Assembly: GCA_002633005.1 (NCBI GenBank)
Contig: NMRA01000147.1
Location: 671,179 to 735,178, forward strand
From: Phoronis australis
Lineage: Eukaryota; Animalia; Phoronida
DNA: 64,000 bases
Reading direction: 5' to 3'
In this document: positions 15,001 to 26,469 of the stretch, in pieces
Position numbering within the stretch: position 1 is the stretch's first letter
How the letters are laid out: the number at the start of each line of letters is the position of its first letter
The notes under the pieces: generated by a model
The model's input: only the letters and a program-made list of their open reading frames with translations
Told to the model about the DNA's origin: nothing
The model's database searches: none
Translations under genes and position numbers: made by a program

Positions 15001-17929
15001 TTAGGAAAAAAATTAGGTCAGTCAACAACCAATGAGATTTTCCAGGATGGTTCTAAGCGTTACTGCTGTTTAAATACAAAATGCTAAGTTAAAATGCATC
15101 AATTACCATTGAAAGTGTAAATTCATGATGTAACGCTGATCGAATTTTGAGACACGTCCTTCTTGTTCAAAACTATCTGCTTTTACATTAATATTATGTA
15201 TTTGAGTTCTATGTTTGTAAGAATGTTCATGTTGTTGTGGTACAATCTTGAGCTGTGTGACATTTAGTGAAAATAGATTTTGTTGTGCGTATTGCACTCC
15301 TGTGTCAGCAATATCACAAAGTGGGCCATTGGCTCATTTATTTTGGTGGGCTTAACACACCTGCATAAAACTGATCCTGTATTTCAGGCTCAGTCTACTG
15401 ATTGGCCCAAAACTTAGGTACTTTTTACATTGAACTCTGATTAAGCTTCTAGCGTGGAGTGCTTAAAAGTCGTGTAGTTAGTTTGTAAATTAGCTGATTT
15501 TTGCTGAATGTTTTTTTAATCCACCCTGCAGGTGACCCAACGTGGACCAAAGGTGAGGAATCTTGGGACACGGACTCTGATCATGGAAACAGTCCTCCAC
15601 GGGTATCAGCCGTAGACGGTATGAAGCTGTGTTATTTATTATTCTTGTTATATTAATACTGTAGTCGCACATACTATGCGTTATTTTTGGCTTAATGTAC
15701 CCTAAGCTTTCATTCTTATGTTATCTTGCTTTGAAGTTGGTCGTATTTGGCCCACCCATGTAGCTCTCAATATAAACACAAAACGTACCGAGAGTGGCGT
15801 ACATGAAGTAATATCCGAGGCATTATTCCGCGTATCGACCAAGACCGAAGGTCGAGGTCGATACGCGGAATAAGGTCGAGTTTTGTTTTTATCCCATGCG
15901 CTTCAAATTCCTAAGTTTCTTTCATTTTTTCGACAGATTTTTTAAATACTTCACTCAGACTGTTCGCATGGCGGATCACATCCTACATGTACGTGCTTGC
16001 GCGTTAGGTTACAAGTTTTTTCTTGTAAAAGAAACAGTTTTAAAAGTAACAATGTATTTCTTGAAAAGAGATAACAAAGATAAAAACAACGGCAACTGTG
16101 CAGTGAACTTGTAAAATCTCCTGGAAATAGTTAAATAACAACAATATTTGATATTGTAGTTTCTGAGGAATCGGCCCCTGAGTTGCAGACGTTATAGTAT
16201 TCAGCAATTGGCTGAGACAGAAGTGTCTTATAATTAACAGTTTTGTTCCAGATTTTACGTTTAGGGCCTGATTGCATGTCGAGTGTTAGTTACACTGCTG
16301 CTACTGTATTACTTTAAACTATATTTGGAAAGTTTGATGATCAACCCTGCTGAAGACGCCGAATCCACATTGACATACCTTTTGAACTTTCCATATCGGA
16401 GGTCACTGTTGAAGTAGTGCGAGAGCTGAATACGGAAAACATTATTACATGGCCGTATTTCCCTCGACTGATTCAAGGCGTATGGGATAAAACTTTAATT
16501 GTTCTGTTTTCAAACTTTACTGGCTGTTTTTTTAAACCCTAATGCATTAATTTGGTGCAGTGATTATGACATCTGTAAATTGATTTTTTAACGCTGTGGT
16601 GTTTCAGATACACAGACACTGCTTAACACCAACATAACAGATGTACCAAAAACTCCCACACAGACCCCTGTAGAGGGCGGTGGTGCCCGTCCCAAGCAGA
16701 AGATCCCTAACTGGATCGCTGGAAATCTGCTGGATGCGTCCTCAAGGAGTCTACATAAGGATGTCCCGCTTGTGGAAGAGGAGACTTCTGTTCAGTCAGC
16801 TATAACTGATAATTTGGTGACGAGTTTTGCTCGTGAAAGTGAAACCTTTGTTGCTGGGGTGTGTGCCAGTGAAACAGTGTCTAGTGTGAGAGAGAACATG
16901 TTGCCTGGTGAAACCAGTGAGACTGTTAGCATCATGCCTTCAGTTTTACCACAACCCAATGGCCAAGCACAAACAGATGTAAATGGTGGTATCGTGTCAG
17001 CAAACAACATACCTGTGGTTTCCAACATGGATGTGTCACATATGCAAGATCCTGGATTCATGGCACCATTTCCTGTTCCTCAACCTAACCTCCCCCTTCC
17101 AGAAATGGATGCTGCCACCATAGCTTATTACCAACAGCTGTACTCCTCACTTCCTGCCAATGCACTGTCAATGTCTGGTATGGTGCCGCTGGTGCCGCCA
17201 ATGGGGGGTGCATTTCCCCTTCCCCAGTTTATGCCTCCTGTAGGTGGCTGTCCACCTCTGCTCCCTCTCCTGCCACCATTGCCATTGTTTGGTGGACTGG
17301 AGCTGCCCAGCTTGGATGACTTGCAACTGGACCTCGGCAGTCTCATTGGTGGTGGTGGTGATGGAGGGCCCATGGCTGACATTTTTGATTCAAGTGGGAG
17401 GCTGAAGCATACAGTTGATATTGGTGTTAGTGGGATGGATGATGCCATACAGGAAATGAATAATGCCAACAACTCTAACAATTCTGAGATCGGTATGCAC
17501 CAGGATGCTGACTATGAAGTGGAAAATGTTAAGGACGAGACTCATCTGAACATCACCGATGACCCTGCTATTATTTGTTACAAGCAAGATGATATGGCGG
17601 AGGATGAATATCTTGGCAATTCAGTTGGCAGTTTTGTGGCGGGTGTAGCAGTGCAGGGGGTTGAAAGTTTAGAGGATTATGTAGTGAATAACGGAGAAAT
17701 TCACGTCGCGGGTGGAGAGAACCAGCCACCAGAAGCTCTACCCATTCAAAAACGTGTGAAGGACTCGCCGTTTGTTAAGAAGTTTAAAGCTCTCAACAAC
17801 AAACTGGAGTTTTCAAAGTTCCGCTCTCAGCTGCGTCAGCCCAGACTGTCGACCAAATGTAACCTGGCATCAACGCTACATGGTCAAGACTCTCTGCAAG
17901 CCAGTGGTGATGATGATGGAAAGGAGTGA
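87..17929 (+). CDS. Uncharacterised large multi-exon protein (5'-partial): Lys/Glu-rich coiled coil, two UIM-like motifs, long disordered Pro-rich/acidic C-terminus
   Basis: Hand-assembled AG/GT-bounded exons with consistent phases: 87-128, 987-1061, 1549-1641, 2905-2999, 3415-3592, 4089-4391, 5864-5927 (or -5918), 6644-6699, 8265-8456, 9488-9660, 10368-10456, 10953-11124, 12441-13166, 13713-13870, 14659-14751, 15532-15618, 16608-17929 (TGA). The sum is 3918 nt (1305 aa plus stop) with no internal stop. UIM-like [18 protein letters not shown] at ~11047-11100 and a weaker [15 protein letters not shown] at ~13782-13827. The start lies upstream of the window. The 5864 and 6644 exons are the least certain. 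Confidence 0.85.
7035..7613. mobile_element. Non-autonomous TIR element (MITE-like)
   Basis: About 100-bp imperfect inverted repeats: ttgaaatatatacatatagccataggcccaaagt...tggatagtaaattgtgacgcttgagagc versus the reverse complement at ~7489-7613. Confidence 0.75.
7121..7264. repeat. 47-bp tandem repeat x3
   Basis: Unit attgtgacgcttgagagcctgagtgttgttgayatggctcactgtct at 7121, 7168 and 7215. Confidence 0.95.
7665..7761. repeat. Short inverted repeat (mini-MITE/hairpin)
   Basis: attactgactttcattcttggtcaata pairs imperfectly with tattgaccttggtgaaagtcagtaat. Confidence 0.6.
11080..11479. repeat. 73-bp minisatellite x~5.5 spanning an exon 3' end and splice donor
   Basis: gtctgtaagt recurs at 11121, 11194, 11267, 11340 and 11413. 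The array ends at an N (11480), so copy number may be collapsed. Confidence 0.95.
11481..11803 (+). mobile_element. Helentron/HINE-like non-autonomous element with GGAT/GGAC/GGCT microsatellite
   Basis: Core tttgcaaaatttcatgagaatccatcaagtgg followed by a compound tetranucleotide microsatellite at 11609-11803. The same core occurs at ~22.2 kb and 57-58 kb. Confidence 0.6.
12441..13166 (+). CDS. Large internal exon of the uncharacterised UIM-containing gene
   Basis: Acceptor tttacaag|G completes the CT of the previous exon (CTG, then [12 protein letters not shown]...). Donor AG|gtaggc. Lies within the 253-aa ORF 12409-13170. Confidence 0.85.
15823..15873. repeat. GC-rich nested hairpin/palindrome
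   Basis: ttattccgcgtatcgacc-aa-gacc-gaa-ggtc-ga-ggtcgatacgcggaataa: an 18-bp perfect stem plus an inner 4-bp stem. Confidence 0.9.
15887..16492. mobile_element. MITE-like element with ~22-bp TIRs
   Basis: ttttatcccatgcgcttcaaat versus attcaaggcgtatgggataaaa (reverse complement ttttatcccatacgccttgaat). Confidence 0.65.
16608..17929 (+). CDS. Terminal coding exon of the uncharacterised UIM-containing gene (Pro-rich, acidic, disordered)
   Basis: Acceptor gtttcag|AT, in frame with the 385-aa ORF 16772-17929, stop TGA. Confidence 0.88.
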
Positions 17930-19225
17930 TGCCAATGGACTTTATGGAAGATACAAACTTGGATCATGCATAGATAGGGACTCTTAGATGTGTACTCTCT
18001 AACTTTGTTCAGGCATTGATAAGAACTGTTAATTTTGATTCCATAAACCAGTTTGAGAAAAATTCTCCCAGCTGCGAATGCATAAAGTTGGATCATGTGT
18101 AGACAGATACTCATAAGCTTAAAAGTAGCTTGTAGAAAGAGGCCCAGAAATTTTTATCGAATGAACATAGCCAGAGCGTCATAGGACGGCATTGGTTAAC
18201 TGAATTATGATCCTCATTGCAGGGTGTCTGTCCACTCCTGCCTTTCACCACATGCCCAGGCACCATCTCACTCCCATCCACTTGACAAATTAGTTCCAAA
18301 TTCTACTCTACTAACTAAGTCTCTTATCTGAACCCGCATACATGACTTTTGTACTTAGACTATCAGAACACAATGTAGATCATGCAACAAGAAGTTTGCG
18401 AACCCTCGTTGGGTCGTTTATTGGGTTCATACAGTACTAGACAAAAGTAAACAGACAAAATACAATTTCCCGGTCATGACAAAAATGACTGGTAATTACT
18501 ATTGTGGGAGCAAAATTACAACCATCTTACTACCTTTTCTATTAATTCCTCTTTATTCTTGGCACAAGAGACAACCACTGCATTGGTGAGTTTAACTTTT
18601 GCCCAGCTGTCATGACTTAGAATTCCAGGTCATTTTGTCTGAATACTTTTGGTGTGTACTGTATTTACTCTTTAGTGATAGTATTGGATGTGGACAACAG
18701 AGTGCGTTAATAGTTAACAGTCTGGACTTGTTTGTGGGAGTACTGTGGCTTGCTTTTCACTTAGGTTTTTTCTGTGATGGGATTATCAGGCAGAACAAAG
18801 TTTACATGATGGACATTTAACAAACGTGGCGTTCAAAATAGCTAGTGCTTTGGTTGATGATATAATAGGGAATAGATTATCAAAGACTGGTAAAAATTTT
18901 AAATTTCTGAAAGTTGTAGTGTGAAGGGAATGTTCATGACTTTTTAGTAACCTAATTCCTCTCCCTTAGGATTTTGTAGTAGGTTCTATCTAGAGATCAG
19001 AGTTACACAATTTTTTCATTTCATTCCAGTGTGGTCTAAGATATGGTCACCATACAACATTCAGCCCAAAGTGTTGACTGGGTAAGTGCTGTGATCTTGG
19101 CACAGTCCTTTCTGATTGACCATGTAGACCTAGGCATTTTACTGACCTCTGTTGGGCACATGTGCAGTCTTTTTAGTGGTCACTTGTTATAAGATGGCTT
19201 CTGTTGTACTTCAACTTGGAATCAT

Positions 19226-19754
19226 CGCTGGTTCCCTGAATGTCCGCTAGGGGGTAGAGAAAACGCAGGTATCATTCAGTAGCTTGGTTTTTATCACTGG
19301 TAGATGTAACCTCGGCAGTCATTGGTTAGCTTTTCAACAAGGAAAGAAAACGTGGGAATGTGGACGATTTTTAGCCTTGTCATGTAAGTGGCATGATGAC
19401 AAATATTTTTTTTCTGCGGTAATGTTTAATAGGGGTGAGCTTGAAGCGCTGGACAGCAATTTTAACAAAAGTCAGCTACAATAGAAAAATCCACTTCCGA
19501 AAGGCACAGCCACAGTTTTCTGATTCCATTTCTTGAACATGAATTGAGCACGGTTTGCACAACAAACCACAAAGTATATCCACATATACACCTCTTCCTC
19601 CTTATTTAGGTAATGAAGCACCAGCTGTTGATAATTCGACCATCCAATCACAAACGCCGGTGTAAAAAAATTCCCGAGAAACATTAAATGATACCTGCGT
19701 GTTCTCTACCCCCCCCCCGCACCCCCCGCCTAGAAGACACGCAGGGAACCATCG
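19226..19754. mobile_element. MITE-like element with long imperfect TIRs, probably within the 3' UTR of the uncharacterised gene
   Basis: cgctggttccctgaatgtc...gggggtagagaaaacgcaggtatcatt versus aatgatacctgcgtgttctctacccc...gacacgcagggaaccatcg. Confidence 0.75.
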
Positions 19755-20554
19755 AGAAGATGGCTTTAGATCAGCCAAGAGGACATTGGACTTGCTTGAT
19801 TAGCCATTTAGACGAACTTTTCTGAGTTTAGTGGCTGTGACCTGTGATAAGTTGGACAAGAAAATTCTTTAATTTCTGAAACATTGTTTTGCCATTCTGC
19901 ATTGAAGTGTGGATAGAATGCTGCTATCTTTAGGACACTATTTTGAAGAGTCATGAGACACGTTTGCGCTAGTTCTTTTGCCATTGTCCATTATTTGAGA
20001 AATTACAAAGTTGTGCCAAGCAATAACACCCTCTGTTGAATGCTTTTCAGGGCTTGTAATGTTTTTTTTTGTGTAATTTCGGTGGACTGATTGATGCGTG
20101 GTTTATGAAGTTGGTTAAATCTGCTAACTGACAGCCGTTGATTTCTGTTGAGTGAGTTGATTAGTTACTCAGACATGTCGTGTAGTTAGATATTCAGTAT
20201 TAATTATTAAGTGAAATCGACCGTTGGACTAGTCTTTAGGTGAATTGGCAATATCCTCCCTGTGAGGCCATAACGTGCTTTTGAGTGTGTGCTTTTTTGC
20301 AATTTTACTGGTTTATTCATGGTGTGATTCATAAAACTTTAAACACTGCAGCGTCTTGTACGGCTGGGGTGTTTAGAGGTCCCTGTGTGGGAGCGAAAAT
20401 TCGGCATTTTTGGTTGCATTCCCGAACGTTAGTTTTGTGCGTGATTTTGTAATGACACAGGGACATTTTCAACTGGGCCGTAAAACTCGGGGTTTTAATA
20501 GAAAAACAGATTTGGTTGATAGTTGTTTAGCAGGAAAGTGGTACAGCTGCGTAT

Positions 20555-20560
20555 AATAAA
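20555..20560 (+). terminator. Candidate polyadenylation signal of the uncharacterised gene
   Basis: AATAAA followed by T/GT-rich sequence about 2.6 kb after the stop codon. Not confirmed by transcript data. Confidence 0.3.
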
Positions 20561-21511
20561 GGTTTTAGTTTTTCACAATTGTTGTTCATTTAATGAAGTT
20601 GTACTGTGGGCTGATTACTAATTCAGCTTGGAAGTAAAACTCGTCAACTCGGGCCATCAGTCGGATTTTTGCTGAACTGGGACATATCCGCTATGCGATC
20701 TGCAGTTCGCGCTGTCGGCTCTAAGGATAAGTCGGATTTCGCTTTCAGCTACTCATGAAATCTCTCTGTCCGGTTAGATCTGACTTACGCCAGTTTTACT
20801 TTATCTGTATTTGTCAGTGATTTTCACAAAAATTAGTTATGCTTTTTAGCTGCGCAAACTATTTTTATTCGTTCTGTAAACTTGCCAGTTTAGTTATGAA
20901 ATATAATTTATAAAAGATAGGGTCAGAGAAAAGGAACACAGTGTGGTCATAAAAAGTTATCGGCAATCTACCATGACAAAAATCGATTCGCGGCACTGAG
21001 TTTCCATTTCCCGTTGTGCGCTCTGGGATGACTTGATAAAAACTAATTTGATATAGTCTTAATATCTGATTTCCAAAGAAAGGGCGTATAATGCGCTACA
21101 GTTTTCTGATTCTATATTGTTCTTGAAGCGCTCGTGCACGGTGAGTTTTGCCAACTAATACGATGAGTCGGTTTGCCATTTTTTGTGCGAAATTTTCTAA
21201 CCTAAGTTTGTTGAGGAAGGTCGTTTCTTGGAGGATGATCATTTGATGATTGATTAAACTGTCAATCTTATCCATTTGTTTTATGATAAGCATTTGTATT
21301 TAAAGAATCCCTTTCAGAAGGGGTTCTTTCTTGGAGGGTGATTGCCTTCTTTTGCACCCCCCCGTCGATCCGGCTCCTTATTCACACAGGGAACTGTAAA
21401 ACTTTCGAATTGGTGAAGAATAGAAAGCAGCAAGATACAGGCCTCAACCAAAAATGTGAGACTAGACCGCCGTCTAATTGAAAAGCTGCTTTTATACTGT
21501 AAAAAATTAGA

Positions 21512-21600
21512 GGAGGCAGTGTGGCCTAGTGTGATAGGTGTCCGCTTTCGTTACTCGAGGTCGTGGGTTCAAGTCCCTCTGAGTCAGGTTTCTAGCTCCT
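21512..21600 (+). mobile_element. tRNA-derived SINE head / tRNA-like pseudogene
   Basis: A-box-like TGGCCTAGTG and B-box GGGTTCAAGTCC (21565-21576) at tRNA spacing, without a proper acceptor stem. Confidence 0.55.
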
Positions 21601-22047
21601 CAGCTTGGTTTTAACCATACATTAATAAGGCATAAAAATGGTTCCAGTTGATTAGTGCATTGGGCCCACATGCGCGGCTTGAACACGTCTGCTGCAACGT
21701 GTATCATACCGCCTGCAATCATTTTTGTTATAATATATTTGTAAAAATATTGATTATGCTTCGGTAGATACAAGCTGAAATTCAGGAAAATATTTTTTTA
21801 TCATCACATTCCCAAGCAGCAATTAAAGTGCTCCGCCTAGGTAATTTTCCCAATTTGAAGTAACCTAAAATCACCTAATTAGGTCAGTTCTGTATCATTT
21901 GTGGCAACCACCAGAATCTCGAGAACCCGTTCGTGTTTCAATTAGGGCCTGCTGAAAAAAACCCAGAGGCTGTATATCTGCAGGACGAGGGACCCTGGAA
22001 TCCCACCCTATTAAAGTGTACCGTCATTGATGACCCTCACTAATAGA

Positions 22048-22655
22048 ACATTCAAGAGCAACGCGAAAACGGTGTGCTTCTAGGGGTGCTTATTTGCATC
22101 ATAAAAATGGCCACTAGATGGCACAGAATATATTGAACCCATCAAAAATGGGAAGGTGTATCTCAAAAATATTTTTGCCAAATTTCATGAAAACTCACAA
22201 AGAACTGAAAAGATACAAAAGTAAATGTAAAAAAACTGCTATTAGGAACTACAGCATTAGTCGAATCCGTCTATCTGCTGTTAAGTTAATAGGAATTCAA
22301 TTCCAATTTCAAAAACATCTTGCAAAGGGTTTTAGGAAATACAGCCGTAGACGCGAAAAATGTCACTAGGGGGCACCAAAATAGTTGGAGCCGTTTGAAG
22401 ATCCACATTCAGTTATGCTATTTTCGCTACTCTTGTCCAAAGGAACACATCTGTACGAACACATCTGCCAATTTTCATAATGGTCCTCTAAGCAGTTTGG
22501 CAGATACAGAAATGGTAGACAAAAACAGACTAGAAATAATTAAAATGGCCACTATTTGGTGCAGTATACTTCAAATCTATCACAAAAAGGAAAGGTGCTG
22601 TCGTGTTCATAATAGAAATTTGTTTGCCAAATTAGTGAAAAAGGCAGGAACTTAA
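22048..22655 (+). mobile_element. Fragment of Helentron/HINE-like composite repeat (~140-bp degenerate subunits)
   Basis: Recurrent gccactag(a/g)tggcac, gccaaatttcatg and gatacag motifs shared with 57000-58293. Confidence 0.6.
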
Positions 22656-23405
22656 CTGCGTTTTCAGGTTGCTCGAAGTTTGCACGTTGGAGGCTGGATC
22701 GAGGCCAATCAGGCCACTTGCCCCACAGCTGTATATCACTGCCCCGGCGCTAATACTTAGGTCACCAATTGCCATTCTGACATGAAAAAATTTTCGGTTG
22801 CAGAGTGCGTTGCAGGTTAATGAGACATGAAGATTTAAATGGCGATTCCCAACTTATTGTTCCTTCCAGACTGCAATCCGTAATATTAACACTTTTCGTC
22901 TCCTTTTGAAGTCATTTCTCGATGTAATTGTCTACAGAACTTTATTTTTGAACACTCTTATATCTCTCTTTTACGTTTTAAATGAGTGTAGGTCTGTATT
23001 TCGACTGAGCGGCCCACTTGGACATCATACAATTCACTTAAATAGTTAGTGCCAAGTCTTTTAGAGAAACTTAATGATAAGAATATATGCATTTTTAATT
23101 TTTCCTTTTCATACTGATGAAGTCGAGAGTCTAAGCCTTCCGAACGTTGAACGTCTTCTTAGTGGATGGTCGCAGGAGGTGGTGGGCAGTCTACAGGGGC
23201 TGCGGGAGTCATGTGTGAGTCGTTGAGAACAATTTCATTTCGTTCATTCAACTTGAACCATAACTAGTTTCACCAGGCACTGCCAAAGAATTGGACTATT
23301 TTAGTGTAGTGCAATACAATAGCACCAAATTCTCCCATTTTTGTTTCGTGGAAGCTATTCCTTTTCGTATCTGGGGTACGTCAATCCTCCTAGCCAACAA
23401 CGAGT

Positions 23406-23539
23406 TAGGGGGCCCAGGACAGAGTATTAGCCAAAATTTTGCCCGCCAGACATTTGCACCCCCGAACTGCCAAATGGAATCTGGAAGAGTTTTAGGGGGG
23501 CCATGGCCCCCTTGCCCCCCCCCCCTCAATCCGCCACTG
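23406..23539 (-). mobile_element. MITE family with CAGTGGCGGA terminus, partial copy
   Basis: Reverse-complement similarity to 46852-47010 (cagagtattagcca...cgaactgccaaatggaatct...aatccgccactg). Confidence 0.75.
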
Positions 23540-25641
23540 ATCTGCCATCCGTAAAAATGAACTTTTGACTTCGACCACTCATTTAGAGGTTTGAAATTGG
23601 TCTCGACTCGTGCGCCCACCCATCCTAAAAATGGGGGCTCGAATTCACGGGGTACGTTCAGAGCTATAAATTGTGCATTCGTAGAATTTTGGACTTTTGT
23701 CTCGTTTTCTACTTTTTCGGAGTTTTCGTTTCTCTGAGGTGGACTTACTTACCCACTTCGCCGAATGGGGGCTCTCATTGGAGCCCCCAATGCCCTCCTC
23801 GGGTGCGCGCATGCAACTTGTTCCTCACTTAATTGTGATTTCAGGGCTAGCTAAGGAAGAAACAGCAGTTAGTTACTATTGGTCTGTTGAAATCAGACTC
23901 TACATTAATGACTCACCAAGTTAGCTTTTCAAATTTTAGGCGGGTTAATGGGTTGAGCATGATCCACCGTAGTAATTAATTATTAGTTCTGTTTAAGTCC
24001 GTAATGTTTAGATCAGTTTCAGTTCTATTGGTCTAAAACGTAAATTCGTTTGCACGATCGTGGGTTCATAGCAGCTTTCGACACCTTTCAGTTAGTTTCT
24101 AGTGACGTTGGGAGGAAGGGACTAGCATCAAGTCACCTTTTGATTTTTGAAAATTTGGACTACTAGTCTTAAAACACTGTACCAATGCATCAGTTTTGCA
24201 AAAAAAAAAAACACAATCACTATCTTGCTCGACTCAATAATGAGTCGCTGACAGCTTTAGAAATGAAGAACTACTTCAGCTACCGATTAATTGTTAACGT
24301 AATTTTTTCAAATTAACTATATTTTACATCTGCCCTAACCTCTAGGTAACCCAGTTTGTCACTTTTTCATTAAGGTAATTCATGTTATGTGTAATGCACT
24401 ATATACGTAGGTCGTCTATAGCATTGTTTCCTGTAGATTAGTTGTTTACGCAATACTACATAAACAATAATTAGAAAATAACACCAAACTGACAGGTTTT
24501 GAGAGTTGATTTTGTGACCATACCGTCGCCGAAACTCCCTTGAATGCGAGCACTCAGAACCCTTTGACAGTTTAATTGGCCTTGAAATGGTTCCCAGGGG
24601 GTGCTCCATCGTGTTTTTATGACGGCATGCAGTTGGCAAACTTCGGTCATGAGAGAGTCACTCACCTGAGCGGCACGCCATGTACACCTTTTCCATATGA
24701 TTAGATTTACGCCTTCACAAAAGATGCCTATTCCAACTATCCAAGTAGAAAGGGATAATTTTATGAGCATACCACGCGCCATAGGCGCAAAAATAACTTT
24801 AGTGACGCACTGTGATTGCTCAACTCCGGCCAACAAGCCCATTAAAATAGGACGCAAAAAAAGACAAAAAATTAATATGGCCCATGGGTCCTCCATGTTG
24901 GCTCATAAACGTGAGGCCGTAAAACCGACTATGTTTATTTAAATTCAGATCTTCAAGAATTCCTACGAAAGTGTAAGATTCATAGACTTCATCTTTGCTA
25001 AAGAGACGTGTTTATGGAACATAACCCTGTGAAAGCGTTAATTTCCCTAGAAACTCCCTTCACTGGGTCGCTACATCAAGTCCTCTCTCCAATTGGGTGG
25101 GTATCCTAATTTTTTGAAGCAGCATTCCCGTCAAAAATATTGTCAAGTCCCCCCTAGAGTGGGTTCGTATTAAAGTTGACGTTTATTCACACCGTCGCCT
25201 TTATTAATATAAGCAGAAAGGTGAAACCGGCGGCGCGTCCTCTCGGCCAGTGGTGGATAAATACCTATCGTAACGTAGTACATTGACGCACTGTATTCAT
25301 TAATTTATTATAGATATTACCAATTAAGTTCATAATGTGTCTGAGTGAGAAATAGTGTACCAAATCTCTGGGGTCAACAGCTGAACTCAGTCCCCGCGAC
25401 GATCTTTCGAAGCAGAACGGCTCGAAAACTGGCTTCAGTTACGTCACTGTTTTGGCCTAATACGATAAACTCTTTTTGGAATGATTTCAGAGAGTATTTT
25501 GCCATCTTTGGAACTGAAAATTGTTCAATTGTTGATATTGTTTTCATTCGAGCCATTTACATTGTACAGATGGCAAAAAGATTTTGCTTTTGTGTTGGAA
25601 AATAAAACGTGGATATTGTTTTCTTGATATTCAGAAATAAA

Positions 25642-25769
25642 TGGGGGGAGGGGGGCAGGGCAGAGTATTAGCCAGGATTTTGCCCGTCAGACATTTCCCC
25701 CCCGAACTGCCAAATGGAATCTAGGAGAATTCTAGGGGGCCATCATGGCCCCCTCTAAATCCGCCACTG
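25642..25769 (-). mobile_element. MITE family with CAGTGGCGGA terminus, partial copy
   Basis: Near-identical core to 23406-23539, ending aaatccgccactg. Confidence 0.75.
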
Positions 25770-26118
25770 TTAATCTCGTTTAAAATCTAGAATTTTAAAT
25801 CTTTCCAATACTTGAGAACACCATAATTAACAGCAGAAGTCCAACACAATGATGGAAATTCCTGTTACGATCAATATCTTGTCGTAGAGTAGAGCGTTTC
25901 TTGTCTTCAAGCAATTTCATCGCAAACTCGCTGTTATTGACCGCAAATTCTCAAAATGCTTTTATTTTAATTGCTTGATAATGCATTGCACCTTGCTGTC
26001 AGAATTTAACTCTCACAGCTGAATTTAAAATTTATTTTATTGCGCTTATAGATGTAAGGCCGACCAGGAGAAAATTACGATACGGCTAATTAAAGGCTCA
26101 AACTGACTATCAATTCAA

Positions 26119-26469
26119 ATGGGTAGTATATGGTCAACCTGCTTTAAGCCAACAAACGGGAACGATTCATGGCTTACAATGTTTCAAGGTAACAATCAAA
26201 AACAGCCAAAGGAAAAAGACGGAAAAGGTAAATGTGATGGGAAAATTGAACAGAGCAAGCACGCGGAGAAATCGCGAAGAAAACACGCTGCGAGAAAGAT
26301 GAACGATGACAACAGAAAAACTCGAGCACTGCAAAAGCGACAAAGGAAGACATCGACTGTCGATGACAATTCGACGTTTTGCAGGAATGTGAAAGAAGAG
26401 GGCGGGAATACGCCGATGACAAGAAAAAACAGCAAGAGGGTTAACAGGAGGACGTCCGCGTGTTTTTGA
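26119..26469 (+). CDS. Candidate small orphan protein, basic, with MGxxxSxC acylation-like N-terminus
   Basis: 116-aa ATG-initiated purine-rich ORF in the intergenic spacer. No homology recognised. A possible internal donor lies near 26189. Confidence 0.3.
   Translation: MGSIWSTCFKPTNGNDSWLTMFQGNNQKQPKEKDGKGKCDGKIEQSKHAEKSRRKHAARKMNDDNRKTRALQKRQRKTSTVDDNSTFCRNVKEEGGNTPMTRKNSKRVNRRTSACF

Noticed and set aside
15388-15417. Candidate 30-nt exon (tttcag|...ag|gtac) in the uncharacterised gene
   Set aside because: In the required phase 1 it contains TGA, and the flanking exons join in frame without it. It could only be a poison exon, which is unsupported.
21512-21600. Functional tRNA gene
   Set aside because: A and B boxes are present but the cloverleaf and acceptor stem do not form. 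It is better explained as a SINE head.
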